Origin: Treponemataceae bacterium
GTDB lineage: Bacteria > Spirochaetota > Spirochaetia > Treponematales > Rectinemataceae
Direction: 5' to 3'
Assembly: GCA_963678065.2 (NCBI GenBank)
Contig: CAXXVZ010000003.1
Coordinates: 1,792,001-1,856,000 of the forward strand
DNA: 64,000 bases
Shown here one piece after another: positions 60,556-64,000 of this stretch. The translations under genes and the position numbers were made by a program. The notes beneath the pieces are model-generated. The model ran no database searches. It saw only the letters and a list, made by a program, of their open reading frames with translations, and was not told the origin of the DNA. The number at the start of each line of letters is the position of its first letter. The first letter of the stretch is position 1.

Positions 60556-61415
60556 TGTCCCCCTCCTCCCGGCAAGGCTCCATTATAGCACGAGGAAAGG
60601 CAGAGCAGGGCATCCACCGTTTCGGCGACGTCGTGAACGCGGAAAATAGCGGCTCCCCGCATCCAGGCCGCGCAGGCGGCGCCGATGCTTCCGGCGAGCC
60701 TTTCGGCGACAGGTTTCCCCGTGATCTCTCCGATGATGCGCTTGCGGGAGATTCCCACGAGCACGGGATAGCCGAGAGAAACGATGTCCTCGAGCCCCGC
60801 GAGGAGGGCGAGGTTGTCGCATGTCCGCTTTCCGAATCCGATGCCGGGATCGAGTATGATCCGTTCCCGCCGCACGCCGGCCGCCGCGGCGCGGGAAACG
60901 CTCAGGGCCAGGGAGGACCGCACCTCCGCGAGGCAGTCGACGTAGGAAGGATCGTCCTGCATGGTTCCGGGACTGCCCTGCATGTGCATGAGGATGACAG
61001 GCGCCTCCGTTTCTGCGGCGAGCGAACACATGTCCATTCCGGAGAGCGCCGTTATGTCGTTGATGATGTCCGCGCCCGCATCGAGGGCCGCGCGCGCGAC
61101 TTCGGCCTTGCGCGTATCGACGGAGAGCGGTATGTCCGAAACGGCCCGGATGGCCTCTATGGCGGGAATAACCCGCTCCAGCTCTTCCCCGACCCCGACA
61201 GGCTCCGCGCCGGGCCTCGTCGACTCCCCTCCGATGTCGACGATGGAAGCGCCCGCCGCCTGCATGGCGAGAACGGTATCCTGAACTCCGGCCGCGGTGA
61301 GATGGCGCGATCCGGCATGGAATGAGTCCGGGGTGGCGTTCACGATCCCCATCACGGCGAATCCCCTGGCGAAGGACAGAACCCGTCCGCGCCCGAGCGC
61401 TATGTCGCGCATCAT
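60552..61415 (-). CDS. folP: Dihydropteroate synthase
   Basis: MGIVNATPDSF, DIGGESTRPGA, DPGIGFGK, SRKR, RVHDV. Confidence 0.94.
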   Translation of the reverse strand: MMRDIALGRGRVLSFARGFAVMGIVNATPDSFHAGSRHLTAAGVQDTVLAMQAAGASIVDIGGESTRPGAEPVGVGEELERVIPAIEAIRAVSDIPLSVDTRKAEVARAALDAGADIINDITALSGMDMCSLAAETEAPVILMHMQGSPGTMQDDPSYVDCLAEVRSSLALSVSRAAAAGVRRERIILDPGIGFGKRTCDNLALLAGLEDIVSLGYPVLVGISRKRIIGEITGKPVAERLAGSIGAACAAWMRGAAIFRVHDVAETVDALLCLSSCYNGALPGGGGQ

Positions 61416-63340
61416 GCGGCGCCACCCTGAGCGGCGCGGCAACACTCCCGCATCGCCGAGAGAAGGTCCGCGGGGGCAAGGCCCGACATCGCGAGGAGCT
61501 CGTCGCGTGTCCCCTGGGGCAGCGGGCTCGATGGCACAGATTTCATGCTGAACGCGATGCCGCCCCTGCCCGGCCGCATGATGATCGAGGCGAGCGATTC
61601 GCCGACGCCGCCGGTCCCGATGTTTTCCTCGATCGCGAGAAAACCCGAATACGGAGCGACGATCTCCGAAAGATACGCCTCATCGATGGGGGCGACAAAG
61701 CGGAGGGAGTAGACGTCAGCCATCAGACCCTCGGCCTCGAGAAGGACGGCCGCGTCGAGGGCCGACGAGACAAGGACTCCGGCTGTCATGACAAGCACAT
61801 CGGAACTCCCTGTCCGCCTGAGGAAAACGCCGCGTCCTGGTACGAGGGGCTGGGAAAAGGCAGGATTCTCGGGCGGAAGGGCTGTCTTTGGATAGCGAAC
61901 CATCACCGGTCCGGAGGATTCCACGGCCCAGCGGAGGCAGAGATCAAGATCGACGCCGCTCGCGGGCGCCAGCATAGTCAAGCCAGGCATGGATCTGAAC
62001 ATGGAGAGATCGTAGATTCCCTGGTGAGTTTCTCCGTCATCGGGCACCAGTCCAGTCCTGTCTACGGCAAAAACGACGTGAAGTCCCTGCAGGGCCACAT
62101 CGTGGAAAACCTGGTCTACGGCCCTCTGCATGAATGTAGAATAAATGGCCACGACGGGGAGGAGCCCGCCTGATGCCATACCGGCTGCATAGGTGACTGC
62201 ATGCTGCTCGGCTATGCCTACATCGTGGAAACGGGCAGGATAACTCGTCTTGAAGGCATCGAGTCCCGTTCCCTTGGACATCGCCGCCGTGATCGCGACG
62301 AGATCGCAGCGCGCATTCGCAATGTCGACGATGCTGGCCGAAAATACATCGGTGAAGCTGCGTTTCGGAGTGGAGACGGAGGAGATCCGGGAGTCCGGGC
62401 AGGATGCCGGAGCGCCCGGAGCCGCGGCGGGAGGCTTGGCCGGAGCGACTCCGTGAAAGCTGGCCGGATCCTCCTCGGCGTCGCTGTGCCCCCTGCCCTT
62501 GTGAGTGACCATGTGCACGACGCAGGGTCTGTCCAGCTTGCGTACATCGTTCAGGACCTCCGTCATGGCAGGGATGTCGTGGCCGTCGATGGGACCGATA
62601 TACTCGAAGCCGAATTCGGAAAAGAGGTTTTCCTTGTAGAACAAGGCTTTGACGGAACGTTTCCACCGCATCATGAGCGCGAAAAGTTTCGGCCCGTACC
62701 GCGGAATGCTCCTGACTATCCTGTCGACAATCGAACGGAATGTCTGATAGCGGACCGTCGCCGACAGGCGCGACAGGTAGCGCGAGAAAGACCCCACGAC
62801 GGGCGAAATCGACATCTTGTTGTCATTGAGTACGACAATGAGCGGAAGCATGGACTGCCCGGCGTGGTTCAGCGCCTCGAAGGCCATGCCTCCGTTGAGG
62901 GCTCCGTCGCCGATCACCGCCACGACTTTCCCTGCATCGCCGAGGAATTTCCTGGCATCGAGAATGCCAAGGGCCGTGGAGATCGACGTGGAAGCGTGCC
63001 CCGTGTCGAAGGCGTCGTGCACGCTCTCGGAGCGCTTGGGGAATCCCGAGATGCCACCCTTCCTGCGCAGACCCGCGAAACCATCCCGTCTTCCGGTGAT
63101 GAGCTTGTGGGTATAGCACTGGTGGCCGACGTCCCAGATAATCGTGTCCTCGGGAGTCCGGAACACCCTGTGCAGGGCGAGAGTGAGTTCCACCACCCCG
63201 AGGTTGGAGGCGAGGTGACCTCCGTTGCGGCTGACTGTGTCGATGATGAGGTTACGGATTTCCTCGGAGAGGATTTTAAGTTCGTCGAAGCTCATCCGCC
63301 TGATATCATCAGGACTGTTCACTGAATCGAGAAGGGACAT
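61412..63340 (-). CDS. dxs: 1-deoxy-D-xylulose-5-phosphate synthase
   Basis: GGHLASNLG, WDVGHQ, GHASTS, IGDGA, DVGIAEQHAV, YSTFMQRA. Confidence 0.95.
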   Translation of the reverse strand: MSLLDSVNSPDDIRRMSFDELKILSEEIRNLIIDTVSRNGGHLASNLGVVELTLALHRVFRTPEDTIIWDVGHQCYTHKLITGRRDGFAGLRRKGGISGFPKRSESVHDAFDTGHASTSISTALGILDARKFLGDAGKVVAVIGDGALNGGMAFEALNHAGQSMLPLIVVLNDNKMSISPVVGSFSRYLSRLSATVRYQTFRSIVDRIVRSIPRYGPKLFALMMRWKRSVKALFYKENLFSEFGFEYIGPIDGHDIPAMTEVLNDVRKLDRPCVVHMVTHKGRGHSDAEEDPASFHGVAPAKPPAAAPGAPASCPDSRISSVSTPKRSFTDVFSASIVDIANARCDLVAITAAMSKGTGLDAFKTSYPARFHDVGIAEQHAVTYAAGMASGGLLPVVAIYSTFMQRAVDQVFHDVALQGLHVVFAVDRTGLVPDDGETHQGIYDLSMFRSMPGLTMLAPASGVDLDLCLRWAVESSGPVMVRYPKTALPPENPAFSQPLVPGRGVFLRRTGSSDVLVMTAGVLVSSALDAAVLLEAEGLMADVYSLRFVAPIDEAYLSEIVAPYSGFLAIEENIGTGGVGESLASIIMRPGRGGIAFSMKSVPSSPLPQGTRDELLAMSGLAPADLLSAMRECCRAAQGGAA

Positions 63341-63543
63341 TGGGACGAGGATAGCACGGGAGGCCGGCTTCGTTCCACAGGTGGTGAAGCCGATGCAGTC
63401 TGGCCTGTGTCGACGACTGTGCCGGTCCCGGTCCCGCACAGCCGAACGGTTTCAGCGGTGTCGGCCCCCCGTACCCTGATCCCGCGCAGTCGCGGCGCGG
63501 CCGCCTCTTGCGCGAAAGGCCTCCGGCCGGGCAGAGTGTGCCC

Positions 63544-64000
63544 ATGGCCGGATACACGCTTCTGACGCTGAAACTCGCCTCAGCCCTCTCCTACCGCAGA
63601 GTGGACTTCGAGGCGGAAAAGTTCCGGGATTTTGCCGCAGTGTCGGCAGAGGGCATTCCTTCCGCCGAGGGAGGAGAAACCGTTCTCTTCTACTCCCCCG
63701 ACTCCCTCGTCCGTTTCGACGAAGCTGAAGGGCCCCGCATCCTTGCGCTGCCGGGAAAACCCGAACGCTTCGGGGTCTCGCGGGAAAACCGCCACGAGGC
63801 GGGAGAAGACAAGGCGGGAGAAGACAAGGCGGGAGAAGACAAGGCGGGAGAAGGCAAAGAGGAAGAAGGCCTCACTCTCGAACCAGGGCTGTACGGATTC
63901 ATGCAGTGGAGGGTGGCAGATGCCGCGGGATTGGCCGAGGGAATCGAATACTTCGCCCGCGAGACCTGGTGGGAGAAGCTGGGCTGCCGCGGTCCCTGGA
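63544..64000 (+). CDS. Hypothetical protein, partial (runs off the window)
   Basis: Open frame from ATG 63544: MAGYTLLTLKL...LEPGLYGFMQWR...EYFARETWWEK. Confidence 0.55.
   Translation, partial: MAGYTLLTLKLASALSYRRVDFEAEKFRDFAAVSAEGIPSAEGGETVLFYSPDSLVRFDEAEGPRILALPGKPERFGVSRENRHEAGEDKAGEDKAGEDKAGEGKEEEGLTLEPGLYGFMQWRVADAAGLAEGIEYFARETWWEKLGCRGPW
63797..63856 (+). repeat. 15-bp tandem repeat x4 (AGGCGGGAGAAGACA), encoding AGEDK
   Basis: Units at 63797, 63812, 63827 and 63842 (last has one mismatch). Confidence 0.9.

Overview
GC-rich chromosomal window, probably from a free-living anaerobic spirochaete (inferred from gene content such as the CPA2-EIIA fusion, rny-ymdB and the dxs-folP-cdaA-cdaR-acpS-truA order). 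From left to right: a partial ORF holding only the C-terminal HhH part of a DnaE/DnaE2 polymerase; a low-GC M14 carboxypeptidase abutting an IS3-family remnant; a TAXI-TRAP transporter operon; a four-gene operon of unknown function (Ddl-like ATP-grasp ligase, B12-binding/TIM-barrel-like protein, opine dehydrogenase, CmpX-like membrane protein); thrA; a cation/H+ antiporter-EIIA fusion; a 2-oxoacid:ferredoxin oxidoreductase + methylmalonyl-CoA mutase/epimerase/Na+-decarboxylase operon with a divergent IclR and a biotin-less carboxyltransferase; a patatin-POTRA-barrel protein; a ~6.5 kb integrative satellite-like element in tRNA-Leu(GAG) (integrase, toxin-antitoxin, xis-like HTH, DUF3631-type protein, lipoprotein cargo); an Ehr (cysteine-less hydrogenase-like) operon led by an HTH-EIIA gene; Rrf2-hcp; then housekeeping genes. 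The best candidates for new biology are the B12/opine-dehydrogenase/ATP-grasp operon and the minimal tRNA-Leu element with its triple-hairpin leader. All family assignments come from motif recognition by eye, not from database searches.
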